Origin: a virus
Lineage: Duplodnaviria > Caudoviricetes
Length of the DNA stretch: 64,000 nt
Virus record (IMG/VR): IMGVR_UViG_3300033075_001021
Reading direction: 5' to 3' (one strand)
Shown here: piece after piece, positions 52,688-63,601 of the stretch
Layout of the letters: every line of letters begins with the position of its first letter
Position numbering within the stretch: the stretch's first letter is position 1
Notes under the pieces: model-generated
The model's input: only the letters and a program-made list of their open reading frames with translations
Database searches by the model: none
What the model was told of the DNA's origin: nothing
Made by a program: the position numbers and the translations under genes

Positions 52688-54256
52688 TTAATTTTTATGT
52701 AAATCCTTATTTATTCGATTTTGAATTAGATTTTTTACCTCTTCTATTGACCTACCAGTTTTGGTTGCAACCTGTTCATAAATACTCTCGTTTTTTGAAA
52801 TGACTGAGTCTTTTGTCTTATAAGTCTTAACAACATTATTCGCAGCGCCTTGGCTACAACCGCCATTCTGGGCCTTCTTATTATTGTTTAACTTAGTACA
52901 TGGGTCAAACTTTACCATTTCACCATTTGGGTACTGTGTCTTCTTGTTACCAGCCCAATTTTTCTCATTCTTAGCCCATATCCTTGGCTGAACATATTGG
53001 CCAGTAGTCGTGGAGCTTGGGTCTCCTGTTGGTGACCCAGCGGCTGTCATTTCCTCAATAACATCTTCTTCAGCTAACTCTTCATCATTTACTATCTCCA
53101 ACTGTTTTGCTGGTGTGTAGTCAGAATTTGCGTTGTCTCTTTTATTCACTGGACCGCCAAATGGTGCGGTGAATGCACCAGAACTAGCTGCTGATGTTGT
53201 TTCCATTAATTTGTCTACAACATCAACAAATTTCTTATCTTTTACGTATGTGTTACGAAGCCATTGTTTAACTTCTTCCGTTAGTTTAATCAAATCAGCA
53301 TGACCTTCAAGATATTCTTTTAATGAATTACCAGTCTTAATGATGGAATTATTTTTATAATTTCTACTAACGTACATTGCTATATCCTCAACATCTAATT
53401 CACATTTAGGATTAGGTAATTCTTCTCTAGGAATTTCACCATAATCAAACATATATGAACCATCGTTACTGTTTAAAAGCGCAATTTCATAATTCATATA
53501 TTCACCCCTAAAAGCATCCGATTTACTTGGAAAATCCGTTTGGCAGTCTTCTTCTTCAAAATAATTACTTTCATTCGTTTCCATGTATGGCATGTCTGGA
53601 CCAGCAGTTTTTGTCGCTGGAGTAAATCTATTCGGGTTAAAACCAGTTGGTTTTTTCTCCCAACCAGAGGCTGGTTTTTGTTGTGCTGCAACCTTAGCAT
53701 CTAAGCCAATAGGTTTACCGCCCCTCTCTTTATGTATAGCAAGAAGTTTTTCTGGGTTTTGTTGTATTGATGCAATAGCTTTGTTAGCAATATTTGGTAT
53801 GTCGGCCAATTTCTCTTCCTTTGACTTATAGGCTTTTCTGAAAATGTTAACAATACGATGTATTCCACCACCAGCTATTCCTAAGATACCAACACTTGTA
53901 AGGTAGGCGGCAATATCGCCCCATGTAATTCCATTCTCTTGAAAAAATGTTGATAAGCCTCTTTGTGATGGATTATTATACACCAAATCCGCAAAATACT
54001 TAATTATTTCAACAGCACCATTAGCGTCTTCACTAAGCTTAAGTTCTTTTTTATTGGTCATTTTAGAATTTGGTATCCCTTTAATTGAATTGGTAATGTT
54101 GAAAGGTTCTTCAGATAGATTTTGAACATCGGCATTTCTAAAATCTGACTTAAATTGTTTGTTAACCCTATTGATACCACCAGAAATGTCTTCTGATTCG
54201 TTCAATCTTGTCTTCAACATGTCAACTTGTTCTTTCGTTAATTTTATCTTTTTCAT
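52688..54256 (-). CDS. large hypothetical protein, possibly virion-internal
   Basis: MKKIKLTKEQ..LNES start; repeated (L/I/M)xE motifs. Confidence 0.65.
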   Translation of the reverse strand: MKKIKLTKEQVDMLKTRLNESEDISGGINRVNKQFKSDFRNADVQNLSEEPFNITNSIKGIPNSKMTNKKELKLSEDANGAVEIIKYFADLVYNNPSQRGLSTFFQENGITWGDIAAYLTSVGILGIAGGGIHRIVNIFRKAYKSKEEKLADIPNIANKAIASIQQNPEKLLAIHKERGGKPIGLDAKVAAQQKPASGWEKKPTGFNPNRFTPATKTAGPDMPYMETNESNYFEEEDCQTDFPSKSDAFRGEYMNYEIALLNSNDGSYMFDYGEIPREELPNPKCELDVEDIAMYVSRNYKNNSIIKTGNSLKEYLEGHADLIKLTEEVKQWLRNTYVKDKKFVDVVDKLMETTSAASSGAFTAPFGGPVNKRDNANSDYTPAKQLEIVNDEELAEEDVIEEMTAAGSPTGDPSSTTTGQYVQPRIWAKNEKNWAGNKKTQYPNGEMVKFDPCTKLNNNKKAQNGGCSQGAANNVVKTYKTKDSVISKNESIYEQVATKTGRSIEEVKNLIQNRINKDLHKN

Positions 54257-54257
54257 A

Positions 54258-54494
54258 TTAATCGCTTTTGTTGGATAAATTGCTTTTCCAGAAACCTCTT
54301 TTGACCCAAAGGGTTTTATATAATTGTGTTAACACGTTTTTTGTGATTTCAACAACCTTATCCTCAAGCTCTTTTTCATTTTTAAGCCTGTCTTTTACAA
54401 TTTTCTCTATTTTTACCTTAAATTCAGTGCTGTCCATATATACCTTAATGGCCTTATCGACATCTGATTTTTTCAATTCTTCATTGATTTTCAT
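54258..54494 (-). CDS. hypothetical protein
   Basis: ORF track. Confidence 0.6.
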   Translation of the reverse strand: MKINEELKKSDVDKAIKVYMDSTEFKVKIEKIVKDRLKNEKELEDKVVEITKNVLTQLYKTLWVKRGFWKSNLSNKSD

Positions 54495-54589
54495 AATAAA
54501 CTGATTGGTTGTTAGTAATATATAAATATCCCCTAAAAAACAAAAAAAGAGACGTAATGTCTCCTTTTTAAGTATATTTTCTATTATTT

Positions 54590-55033
54590 TTATCGAATTA
54601 GTAGGTAACCTAAAAATAAAATGACAGCCCCTGCTCCAATTTCGGTTCTAACAACTTTACGTTTGGCTTTTTTTAACTCATTTTGTAGCGGTTTAATCGC
54701 CATTTCAAGGTTTTTCTTTTCTGTGTCTTTAAGCGTAAGCATTGTTTCGTAATTCTTACCCTTTTCATCCCATAAATCAAGTTGAGACTTCTGGTTAAGA
54801 ATAATACTGTCTTTTAAGTCATTATTCTTTTGGGATAAGTTTAAGTTCGATTGCATGACATTCAATTGGTCTTGGCATGAATCCTTTCTTATGATATCTT
54901 TAACAACTTCTCTAGCTACAGCCTTAGGTAATACAACTATACTATCACCTGTTGTAGAATTCTTTGTATTTTTTTGTGAAAAAGCTATCAAGCTGACTAA
55001 CATTATAGTCGTTAATAGAATTAATTTTTTCAT
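54590..55033 (-). CDS. signal peptide + coiled coil + C-terminal TM protein (spanin-like?)
   Basis: hydropathy; near amidase. Confidence 0.55.
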   Translation of the reverse strand: MKKLILLTTIMLVSLIAFSQKNTKNSTTGDSIVVLPKAVAREVVKDIIRKDSCQDQLNVMQSNLNLSQKNNDLKDSIILNQKSQLDLWDEKGKNYETMLTLKDTEKKNLEMAIKPLQNELKKAKRKVVRTEIGAGAVILFLGYLLIR

Positions 55034-55400
55034 GATAAATTCTTTTTAATCTAAGTAATTCTCTGTTATTTTCTTTAATGAGACTATTGTTTTGGTTAAT
55101 CATATCAAAGAATAATGTTTGTTTCTTTTCAAGTTCATACATTCTTTCTACAATGAATTGATTATCTTGTTTAAGGCTGTCAACCTTTAATTCAATTTTC
55201 TTATTTGATTTTAATGCGTCTTTAACTTCTTGTGGGGTTTTAGTTCCAGTAAAGTAAATCCAAATAAGTAATATTGGGATTATCACTATGATAATGTCAA
55301 TAAGTGTCTTTCTATTTATCATACAAAAGATTTTTGAGATAAGTTTACCAATTTTTGATTCTTTCAAATCTTTAATGAATGATTGGTCTTTTTCGTTCAT
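54945..55400 (-). CDS. TM + coiled-coil protein (spanin-like?)
   Basis: hydropathy; overlaps next gene. Confidence 0.55.
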   Translation of the reverse strand: MNEKDQSFIKDLKESKIGKLISKIFCMINRKTLIDIIIVIIPILLIWIYFTGTKTPQEVKDALKSNKKIELKVDSLKQDNQFIVERMYELEKKQTLFFDMINQNNSLIKENNRELLRLKRIYHEKINSINDYNVSQLDSFFTKKYKEFYNR

Positions 55401-55828
55401 ACTCTTGGTTTATACTCAGTTAATAATTTTTTACCCCACTCTTCTGACCAATTCTTATAGTATCCATCAAGCTTCTGTATTGTGGCTAAAATAGCATCAT
55501 CAATGTAAATTCTTAGTGGATTACCCTGTGGGTCAGTAATTGATATACTAAGATTCATAGCTTTAACATCCATAAAGAAATTAATACCCGAATCCAATCT
55601 ACCGTCAAGTTGGACATTTTTATCGTTAGGATAAATTTTAAACTTTGTAAACTGAACCCTAGCATCTACCGTATCAGCAAATTTTTTTAACTCCTCTTTA
55701 TATGTTGGGTCATTTTGTGACGGTGAGATGACATCATTACCTTCGTTGGATTCGGTTATTAATCCACCCCTGATGATATCCATCATCTTTTTGGTCATGT
55801 CGTGTTCGTTTATCATAGATTTTTTCAT
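55397..55828 (-). CDS. hypothetical protein
   Basis: ORF track. Confidence 0.65.
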   Translation of the reverse strand: MKKSMINEHDMTKKMMDIIRGGLITESNEGNDVISPSQNDPTYKEELKKFADTVDARVQFTKFKIYPNDKNVQLDGRLDSGINFFMDVKAMNLSISITDPQGNPLRIYIDDAILATIQKLDGYYKNWSEEWGKKLLTEYKPRV

Positions 55829-56433
55829 TGTGTTTCTAACTTATATTTAAAGTTTTCGCAGTTCCAAGCTGGACTTAAGTCTGTATAATGTTTTTCAAAA
55901 TTGCTTTTATACAAGACCCCCTCAATACCATCAAGGTTGTCAACTTTAGTGTTATGTGCAATTACTTCCTTTTTAATATAGAAATCGTCACATAATTTAT
56001 TTACCAGTTTCCTTGTTGCTTCAATCTGTGCATCAGAATATGGTGCCCAAAATGTATAGCCTCTCCACTTTCTCTCAATAACATCTTCTGGTCTATTATA
56101 AATATGTCCACACCAATTAAGAAATTGTTTTTTTTCCTCATTTTTAATTAACCAGCCCTCATTTTCAAGCAAAATCTGAATACATTGCTTATCTTGTTCA
56201 AGATTTCCAAACAATTCAGAAAAATATATTGGGTCAAAGTGTTGGTATATGTTTCCAGCTAAATCTATTGTAAATGCGGCTGTTTTCTTGTAAGAACCGT
56301 TTAATCGGTGCCTCCATTTAATGATATGGCCCATTCCGCTTAAGGAAGAATGGGCTATAACTATTTGTTTTTTAATTGTCTGCTCCTTAAAATAGTTCGT
56401 TTCTGGTAGCTCGTATGTCTTATCATCTATCAT
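55825..56433 (-). CDS. N-acetylmuramoyl-L-alanine amidase-like protein (possibly degenerate)
   Basis: QIVIAHS, FTIDLAGNIYQ, YSDAQIEA..KL, D.SPAW. Confidence 0.65.
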   Translation of the reverse strand: MIDDKTYELPETNYFKEQTIKKQIVIAHSSLSGMGHIIKWRHRLNGSYKKTAAFTIDLAGNIYQHFDPIYFSELFGNLEQDKQCIQILLENEGWLIKNEEKKQFLNWCGHIYNRPEDVIERKWRGYTFWAPYSDAQIEATRKLVNKLCDDFYIKKEVIAHNTKVDNLDGIEGVLYKSNFEKHYTDLSPAWNCENFKYKLETQ

Positions 56434-57614
56434 CTCTTAAAGTATACACTACTTTGGTCGTTATTCTTTACGAACTTATTTGAACCAATCCTTTGAATAA
56501 CATTATTAGATGGTTTTGGGATTGGCTGTGAAAAGCCTCTATTGGTCGATTCCTTGATTTCCTTTATATCTTGAAGTTCTACCTTACCTGTTGGGATAAC
56601 GGGCTCTTTTTTGGTCTTAAAAACGATTTCTGGACCTTCTGGGACTGGTTCTACCTCAACAGCGTGGTCTGGTTCCATTTCCTCTACTGGTTCTGGTTCA
56701 ACGGCTTGTTCTGGTTCAACGGCTTGTTCTGGTTCTATTTCCTCTACGGGTTCTGATTTTTTCTTAATTAGATTTTTAAGTGGGTCCAAAAGAGGTGATT
56801 TATTTTTCTTCTCTTCGTCACCATCATGTTCAATTTGAAGCATTTTGTTGGTTGCAATAACAAGCGCAACCGCTAATGGGTCGAATACAAAAATCAACAA
56901 CAAAATAAACCAATTTACGATTTTATCCATTGGTTTACCCGTAAGTTCTGCAAGATATTTTAAAGGGCCTATTTCAGATGCGACAGAATTCCCCGCTTTA
57001 GATTGAATAGCCTTGTTCGCATATGTATTTGATGAATCTGTTGCGATTACATTCTTAACATTCAATGCATCAATTTCAGTGTTTAATTTTTCAATTTCCT
57101 TTGTTGCAGTATTGATGTCATTCCTAATTCTATTTTTCTCACCGTTACTTGTTGCGGCATCCATTCTAGATTCTTGAGTTGTTCTCAAGTTATTTAATTG
57201 AGAAAGACGTGCTGATTTGGTTGTGATGATTGCTTGGTTATCTTGAATATTCTTATCAAACAAAGCCTTTTTACTATTGATAACCGAAAGCTCACCTTCG
57301 CTTATTTCAAGTTTGTGTGCTGTTTTTTGATATGCATTTGATAGGAACCCATAGATACCAGCTGATGTTATACACACAAGGATAAAAACGCCTATTACAA
57401 GGTAAGCCTTTAAACTTTTTGATACTTTTGACCAATATCTTTGTAAAAATGATACGCTTACAATTTTGGCGAACTCCAAACTGGATGCCATTATGATAAC
57501 CGCCATGCTAGCACCAGCAAATAACTGGCTGAGGCCGAATACTGAATAGTATGCGGCACAACCAGCCACTAATGCAGCTGATAAGGCTATTAGAAAACTA
57601 AATCTAAACTTCAT
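56430..57614 (-). CDS. multi-TM coiled-coil membrane protein with EPEQAV repeats
   Basis: N-terminal TMs, IFVFDPLAV. Confidence 0.7.
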   Translation of the reverse strand: MKFRFSFLIALSAALVAGCAAYYSVFGLSQLFAGASMAVIIMASSLEFAKIVSVSFLQRYWSKVSKSLKAYLVIGVFILVCITSAGIYGFLSNAYQKTAHKLEISEGELSVINSKKALFDKNIQDNQAIITTKSARLSQLNNLRTTQESRMDAATSNGEKNRIRNDINTATKEIEKLNTEIDALNVKNVIATDSSNTYANKAIQSKAGNSVASEIGPLKYLAELTGKPMDKIVNWFILLLIFVFDPLAVALVIATNKMLQIEHDGDEEKKNKSPLLDPLKNLIKKKSEPVEEIEPEQAVEPEQAVEPEPVEEMEPDHAVEVEPVPEGPEIVFKTKKEPVIPTGKVELQDIKEIKESTNRGFSQPIPKPSNNVIQRIGSNKFVKNNDQSSVYFKR

Positions 57615-57634
57615 AGTATTTTTTACAATAAATA

Positions 57635-58465
57635 TTACTCTCTTATTAAACTGTAAAGACTATGAGCATTGTGTCTTAATTTTCTAATGGCTTTTTCTTT
57701 AATTTGTCGGATTCTTTCTTTGGTTAAATCGTATTTTTCGCCAATCGCCTCAAGTGTCATAGGCTCACAGTCTGTATTGATACCAAAATAACATTCGATG
57801 ATGTTTCTTTCTCTTTCATCCAATACAGAAAGTGTTTTATTCAATTCATCTTTAATCCTGTTGTCAATAAAAAGCTTTTCAGCTTCTTCGTCATTAACAA
57901 CAATAAGGTCAATTAACTCATCACCATCTTCATTTATCACCTCATTCAATGAGTTGCATTTTGGATGTGTGAATAATTCAACTGGTTCATTGTTCTCATC
58001 TAAGATTTCACCATAGATTGGTTCACGCTCATTCTCAAACTCAAACTTTTCAATTTCTTTTTTAAGTTGAGAAAGCTTATTGATAATATTGGCTGGAAGC
58101 CTTACTGTTCTTGCATTTTCATTAAGGCTTTGAATAATTGATTGCTTAATCCACCATACAGCGTATGATATAAATCTAAACCCACGGGTGTGGTCAAATC
58201 TTGTGGCAGCTTTTACTAGGCCATAGTTTCCTTCGCTGATTAAATCAGATAAAGGTAAGCCTTGGTTTTGATAATCTTTAGCGATTGAAACAACAAATTT
58301 AAGGTTCGCATTTACCAATTTTTCAACGGCTTCTTGGTTACCTTCTTTAATTTGTTTTGCTAATTCTGTTTCTTCGTCTGGGGTTAAAAGGGTTGTTTTC
58401 CTTAGGTCTTTAAAATACTTTGATAAGCTTCTTTCATCATCAAAATTTACAAATTTTTTGGTCAT
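57635..58465 (-). CDS. sigma-70 family RNA polymerase sigma factor
   Basis: NLKFVVSIAK, DLISEGN.GL, RFISYAVWWI, TKERIRQI. Confidence 0.95.
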   Translation of the reverse strand: MTKKFVNFDDERSLSKYFKDLRKTTLLTPDEETELAKQIKEGNQEAVEKLVNANLKFVVSIAKDYQNQGLPLSDLISEGNYGLVKAATRFDHTRGFRFISYAVWWIKQSIIQSLNENARTVRLPANIINKLSQLKKEIEKFEFENEREPIYGEILDENNEPVELFTHPKCNSLNEVINEDGDELIDLIVVNDEEAEKLFIDNRIKDELNKTLSVLDERERNIIECYFGINTDCEPMTLEAIGEKYDLTKERIRQIKEKAIRKLRHNAHSLYSLIRE

Positions 58466-58544
58466 TAAATAATCATTTCTATAAAATTGTTATATTACTC
58501 GGATAATTACAAATATACGAAAAATACTCAAAAAGTCAAGATTT

Positions 58545-59036
58545 TTACCTGGTTTTTTTGATTGATTTTTCCTTCTTAGCAATTTCATCCCTCAACTTTA
58601 CTGCAAGTTCAAAGTCCTCATTTTCAACCGCTAATTGTAATTTTTCTTCTAGCGTAATATTATCAACTTGATTATCTTTTTGTTTAAAACTTCTTGTAAC
58701 AGTTGTGGAACTTATTTCATGGATAAGGTTATTGGTCTTTTCTTTAAGCGTTTCATCATTCATATCTTTCAAAAAGCCAAATAACCCCTCGTTTATTTCA
58801 TTTTTTACCATATGGAAACCCGAATTTTCAGAATTCAGGTCGAAAATTAGGAAATTTCGCCCATTTAGTTTAAAATAATCGGTTAATTCTCTAGGTTCTG
58901 CGACTGAAGAGAATGTTGCTATTAATATTCCCTTTGCGTCCAAAACATTTGGTTTTGTCTCGGAAACCTTGATGATTTCCGCTAAAACGTTTTGTGTGTC
59001 CCCCATTACGACTATGCAATAATTTCTAAATTTCAT
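58545..59036 (-). CDS. hypothetical protein with C-terminal UVR motif
   Basis: LQLAVENEDFELAVKLRDEI. Confidence 0.7.
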   Translation of the reverse strand: MKFRNYCIVVMGDTQNVLAEIIKVSETKPNVLDAKGILIATFSSVAEPRELTDYFKLNGRNFLIFDLNSENSGFHMVKNEINEGLFGFLKDMNDETLKEKTNNLIHEISSTTVTRSFKQKDNQVDNITLEEKLQLAVENEDFELAVKLRDEIAKKEKSIKKTR

Positions 59037-59074
59037 GTTTTATCTTTTTTTTTTACAAATATACTTAACGTATT

Positions 59075-61432
59075 TTAACTTACCGTTACTTCCGATACAT
59101 TTTCAGTTTTTTTAACTGTAACAATATTATCACCCCAATCCTTCACAATATCATTGTGTGTAATCAAAAAGACAATTTCATACATGTTTTTAATCTTATC
59201 AAACAAGGGCTTAAGCTTCTCAAGATTCTCATTAGACACCTTACCCATAACCTCATCAAAGGTGATAAAATTAGGCATTGGAAGGGTTGATAGCTTACCT
59301 AAAACCCCTCTTAAGGCTAAACTTGCCGCTGTTTTCTCAAATCCACTACCAGATTTAAGCGCTTTTGAAATTCCATCCTTATTCTGTAAGAATTGCACAT
59401 CATTCTTATCATCTATAAATATCTCAATTTCAAAATCACACACACCGTCCAATAATCTCTGTACTTCAGCATTGATTACTGGTAGAACTGAGCGTAATAC
59501 CAATTTACTAATACCTTTCTTACCAACTAAATCAATGTAGAGTTTGTAAATTCTTTCAATTTCTTCTTCCTTCTTAATTTGTTCAATCATATCCTTTTTA
59601 AATACAATTGCATCTTCATTCAACTTAATCTCTTGCTTTATTTTCTCCAACTTTGATAACGTATCGTCTTTAGTGAAATCTGCAACAGCTAATTTTGTTT
59701 TAATCATATTTACTTCGGCATCAACGCTTCTATTAAACTCTATTGCTTCTTCATTTAATTTGTATTTTTTCAAATCATTTTTCTTAGAAACAATTTTGTT
59801 TCGTAAAGAACCAATTTCAACTTCAATTCTGTCTTTGTCAAGTTCAATTCTGTTCTTTTCATCAACAAGTTTTTTGGTATCATTTAAAGTTGATAATTCG
59901 CTCAGCACAACTTGCTGTCTTTCATGAAGATTTATGATATTCTTTTCAAGCTCTTCGATTAAAATTGTATGATTATTAATATGTTCGGTGTTATCAACAT
60001 CATCAAGTTTTCTATTACAAGCTTTACAAATCCCACCGTCAATAAGATTTTGAATTGTTTCTTTTAACCTAGTAATTTCACCCCTTTTGGTCCCCATCGA
60101 AATCATTATTTGATTATTCTCTGTGGTGAGCGCATGATGTTGGTCCTCATCAAAATCAATTTGACCAATATTCGAAATCTTACCTTCCAACTCTTTGATT
60201 TTTGCGGCAAGATTTTTACCCTTGGTTGTAATGTCTTCAATTTCCTCTTCTAGCTTAGTTGGGTTGAGGGTATTAATACTAACGTCTATCGTTATTTTAC
60301 TATTTAAGAGTCTGTCATTCTCTTTATTTAGTGTTGTAATTTCTTTTTTAGTAGACTCAAGTTTACTTTCTAGGTCACTCTTGATTTGATTACCCATGGC
60401 AATCTTCTCATTATGTCCTTCAATATCTGTGTTTAATGTAATAATATCGTATTCATTTGATTTCTTTTTCTTATCAAATTCATTATACATTTTTCTTACC
60501 ACACCCTCTTTCATCTCAATAACCTCAAGACCAATCAGTCTTGTTAGGACTTTTCCGCTTTCGGTTGTGGTTAAACCAATCAAGTCATCAAGATTTTTTT
60601 CCGTTGCAAGAACAAGCATTTCAAAATCTTTTTCACTACCAACGGTTTCTCTTATCTTGCTGGTCGTTCTCTTTGCATCTTCCTCGTTCATTTCTTTTTC
60701 TTCGCCGTCTGGAAGTAGTTCGTAATAGTTAACCTTATTGGTTACTGTCCATCCACCAGCTCTTTTTGCCGAGCGTTTCATTTTTCTTTCAATGATGATT
60801 TCTTCACCACCTATGTCAATCATTCCCCTTACAACCAATTCATTTTTATCCCTAAATGTGTTAAACACATCTTCGTTTTTGTCGGTTTTTGTTGTGTTTC
60901 CATGTAACAGGAATTTCAAAGCATCAATTGTAAGAGTAGTTTTACCGCCTTGATTGGCTGGTAAAGAATTTACTACTGTTAGGCCCTTTAATTTATTAAA
61001 AGGAACAAAATTATCATCACCAAACGATAAAAAATTATCCAATTTTATCCATTTGATTGACCATGACTTATGTTGTTGTTGATTATCTTCAATATTGAGT
61101 TCAGCGTTAACCTTTTCGTCAAGTTTTATGATTCTATCAAAATCAACAACTTTATTTTCACGCTTAATCCATTCACGCATGAGTTCACGTTGGTAATTAA
61201 TATCCATGATGTTCTCAATACTAGCCCCATCAATTTCAATTACATCACCAGTGTCTGTAAACTTAACTGGCCTATAAATAACATCGATGTTATTTTTATT
61301 TACACCATACTTCTTAGCAAAATGATTTTTAATTCTATTTTTGCTTTCTTTACTGTAATTCTCTGGCCTATCATCCCAATAGACTTTGATTTTAGAATAC
61401 GGTGAAATTTTTAATTGTAGCTCATTCGCCAT
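59075..61432 (-). CDS. sbcC: SbcC/Rad50-like ATPase (gp46-like)
   Basis: NFLSFG, NQGGKTT, CKAC hook, SGFEK, FDEV, ITH. Confidence 0.9.
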   Translation of the reverse strand: MANELQLKISPYSKIKVYWDDRPENYSKESKNRIKNHFAKKYGVNKNNIDVIYRPVKFTDTGDVIEIDGASIENIMDINYQRELMREWIKRENKVVDFDRIIKLDEKVNAELNIEDNQQQHKSWSIKWIKLDNFLSFGDDNFVPFNKLKGLTVVNSLPANQGGKTTLTIDALKFLLHGNTTKTDKNEDVFNTFRDKNELVVRGMIDIGGEEIIIERKMKRSAKRAGGWTVTNKVNYYELLPDGEEKEMNEEDAKRTTSKIRETVGSEKDFEMLVLATEKNLDDLIGLTTTESGKVLTRLIGLEVIEMKEGVVRKMYNEFDKKKKSNEYDIITLNTDIEGHNEKIAMGNQIKSDLESKLESTKKEITTLNKENDRLLNSKITIDVSINTLNPTKLEEEIEDITTKGKNLAAKIKELEGKISNIGQIDFDEDQHHALTTENNQIMISMGTKRGEITRLKETIQNLIDGGICKACNRKLDDVDNTEHINNHTILIEELEKNIINLHERQQVVLSELSTLNDTKKLVDEKNRIELDKDRIEVEIGSLRNKIVSKKNDLKKYKLNEEAIEFNRSVDAEVNMIKTKLAVADFTKDDTLSKLEKIKQEIKLNEDAIVFKKDMIEQIKKEEEIERIYKLYIDLVGKKGISKLVLRSVLPVINAEVQRLLDGVCDFEIEIFIDDKNDVQFLQNKDGISKALKSGSGFEKTAASLALRGVLGKLSTLPMPNFITFDEVMGKVSNENLEKLKPLFDKIKNMYEIVFLITHNDIVKDWGDNIVTVKKTENVSEVTVS

Positions 61433-61751
61433 AAATGTCTTTTTTCTTTTTCTTTTCTTCTTCCAGAGCTTGTTTGGTTTGATTAAGCTCTTCGGTTATT
61501 TGATTAATCCTTTCGGTTAGTTTGACTACCTCTTCATTGTTCGTGATGAACACTTCTTTTTCAACAATTTTTTCTACTGGTACCTCGACAATCTTTTCAA
61601 TAACTTTTTCTGGGGCTGATGGTGCGGCACCATATTTTTCAACGGTAAACCCTTGTTGGAGACACTTCATTTTGAAGTCATCTATGCTTGTTATGTTATT
61701 GACCCTGCAATAATCCCAAATTTCATCATTTAGCTGCTTCGGTATCGTCAT
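61422..61751 (-). CDS. hypothetical protein
   Basis: EKIVEVPVEKIVEK repeat. Confidence 0.65.
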   Translation of the reverse strand: MTIPKQLNDEIWDYCRVNNITSIDDFKMKCLQQGFTVEKYGAAPSAPEKVIEKIVEVPVEKIVEKEVFITNNEEVVKLTERINQITEELNQTKQALEEEKKKKKDIYGE

Positions 61752-61986
61752 CTTCGTCTTGTTTTGGATTATAAACGCTATTCACGTCTTCTTGTGTTTG
61801 ATGGAAAAAACACACTTCGTGTGAGTGGTCATCAACATACAATGCAATTATAGGTTTGTCTATACGATAAACCATGCTATCTTCATCTTCTATATCAAGA
61901 TAGCCTACTTCGCCATTAACTACTTCGTAGTTATCCATTTCTTCTGGAATTTGGCTAAGAAATTCTCTAAGTTCTCTTAATGTCAT
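61726..61986 (-). CDS. hypothetical protein
   Basis: ORF track. Confidence 0.6.
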   Translation of the reverse strand: MTLRELREFLSQIPEEMDNYEVVNGEVGYLDIEDEDSMVYRIDKPIIALYVDDHSHEVCFFHQTQEDVNSVYNPKQDEDDDTEAAK

Positions 61987-62798
61987 AAGTTTGTTATTAA
62001 TTCTTTGTTATTATCTAAATCTTCAAGAGACCTTATCCTGAAGTTGTAAAATGAATATTTATTTTCAACATTATATTCTGTAAACGTTTTGGTTTCAACA
62101 TCCCAAATTAAGTATCCATGGTTGGATACATTCTCACCAAAATTCTGTTGAATAAGTGAACTTGGGTATGCTATTGGTATTCCCTTGTAATTAAAACTCT
62201 GGCGCTTATGGATATCACCAAGCATTACCATATCGCAACCTTCAAATATTTCTAAGTCAGCACCATGGTCAATGATATATCCAATATCTGTTTTTGCATT
62301 TATGATAGGTGCGTGATATAACCCAATGTAGGTTTTATCATCACCAAATTCTTGTCTAGCAGCTTCAATGTTTGGTCGAATATTACCTTCAAAAATGCTG
62401 TAAACACACCATACAATGTTATCATCTAAATAACATTTGCTTTCTTTAAAATAGTTTACGTTGGCTTCTGGTAAAAATTGAACCATTGGGGTGATGCTGT
62501 CAACACGGTCCCGATTATTTTCAAGTAGGTCGTGATTTCCAGCTATGATAATGACAGGGGCAATTTTTTCTAATTGCTTAATGAACCAAGTGCCCAAAAT
62601 GAGCTGTTCATTTGATATGATGATTTTTTGATGAACCAAATCCCCAGCAATGACAATCCTAATCTCATCTTTCTGGTAATCTTTTAAATCATTTGTTAGT
62701 TGTTTTAAAAACGTTTTAAAAACATCTTTATACTCTTCGTGTAAACGATAAGTGCGAATATGAATATCGGCTAGATGTACAATTTTTTTTACTGGCAT
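61983..62798 (-). CDS. sbcD: SbcD/Mre11-like metallophosphoesterase nuclease (gp47-like)
   Basis: DIH, GDL, GNHD, GDIH. Confidence 0.9.
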   Translation of the reverse strand: MPVKKIVHLADIHIRTYRLHEEYKDVFKTFLKQLTNDLKDYQKDEIRIVIAGDLVHQKIIISNEQLILGTWFIKQLEKIAPVIIIAGNHDLLENNRDRVDSITPMVQFLPEANVNYFKESKCYLDDNIVWCVYSIFEGNIRPNIEAARQEFGDDKTYIGLYHAPIINAKTDIGYIIDHGADLEIFEGCDMVMLGDIHKRQSFNYKGIPIAYPSSLIQQNFGENVSNHGYLIWDVETKTFTEYNVENKYSFYNFRIRSLEDLDNNKELITNL

Positions 62799-62803
62799 TT
62801 CTT

Positions 62804-63562
62804 TTATTTAAACTCAGTGTTATACTTATGAAGTTCAAGAAGTTTTTTGGCTTCGTGCTTCATATACATTATTTGAATCTTCTCAAATGTTTCTTTAGTC
62901 TTATCCCAATAACCAATCCAAATCTGACGGCATTTCTTTCCAGTTTCCATCTCATACATAAGTGCATATGTGCTTAACTGAAGAGTATAGATTGACCATT
63001 GACAATTTTGTAAGTAATCGAAAGGCTTGAGTAAAGTCTCAAACCCATACGGGTTGTAATAATTAAAAATACGATTGGTTTTCCAGTCACCAACGTCAAA
63101 CCATATTGGGTCAACATCAACAATAAGGTCAGACATACCAGCAATCTTATATTCTTCAGCAAACATAATACGTTCTGGTTGCATTCTAACACCTTCGTCA
63201 ATCTTCAAGTTATTGTAACCAGCAATAACTTTTTTTGCTAACTCATCATCAGGAAACCACCACTTATTCTTTTTTAAGTACGTCTCCACAATATCATGGA
63301 CCTTCGTTCCGTATGTATTTGCTTCATCATTTAACATTTGCCAATACTCCAGAATCTGTGCTTTATTCATCCCAATATATCGTTCCTGTTTCACATTGTC
63401 TAACTGGCGTACAATAGCTTCAGCCACTGCTGGGGCATCAAAATGTGGTTCAATGCTAGCAATGGCTTTTGTTACTGAGCTGTATTTTATACCAGTTTCT
63501 CTGTGAATATATACGTGTTCAATGGGTTCTAGATATACGGGTCCCACATGTTCTTTTACCAT
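62804..63562 (-). CDS. PD-(D/E)xK exonuclease
   Basis: GTKVH..VE, AGMSDL, DWKT, QLSTY. Confidence 0.85.
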   Translation of the reverse strand: MVKEHVGPVYLEPIEHVYIHRETGIKYSSVTKAIASIEPHFDAPAVAEAIVRQLDNVKQERYIGMNKAQILEYWQMLNDEANTYGTKVHDIVETYLKKNKWWFPDDELAKKVIAGYNNLKIDEGVRMQPERIMFAEEYKIAGMSDLIVDVDPIWFDVGDWKTNRIFNYYNPYGFETLLKPFDYLQNCQWSIYTLQLSTYALMYEMETGKKCRQIWIGYWDKTKETFEKIQIMYMKHEAKKLLELHKYNTEFK

Positions 63563-63601
63563 AGAACAAATATACTAAATTATTCGCTGAAATGCAATAT
63601 A

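Noticed and set aside
56640-56750. Tandem 18-bp DNA repeats
   Set aside because: They simply encode EPEQAV linker repeats.
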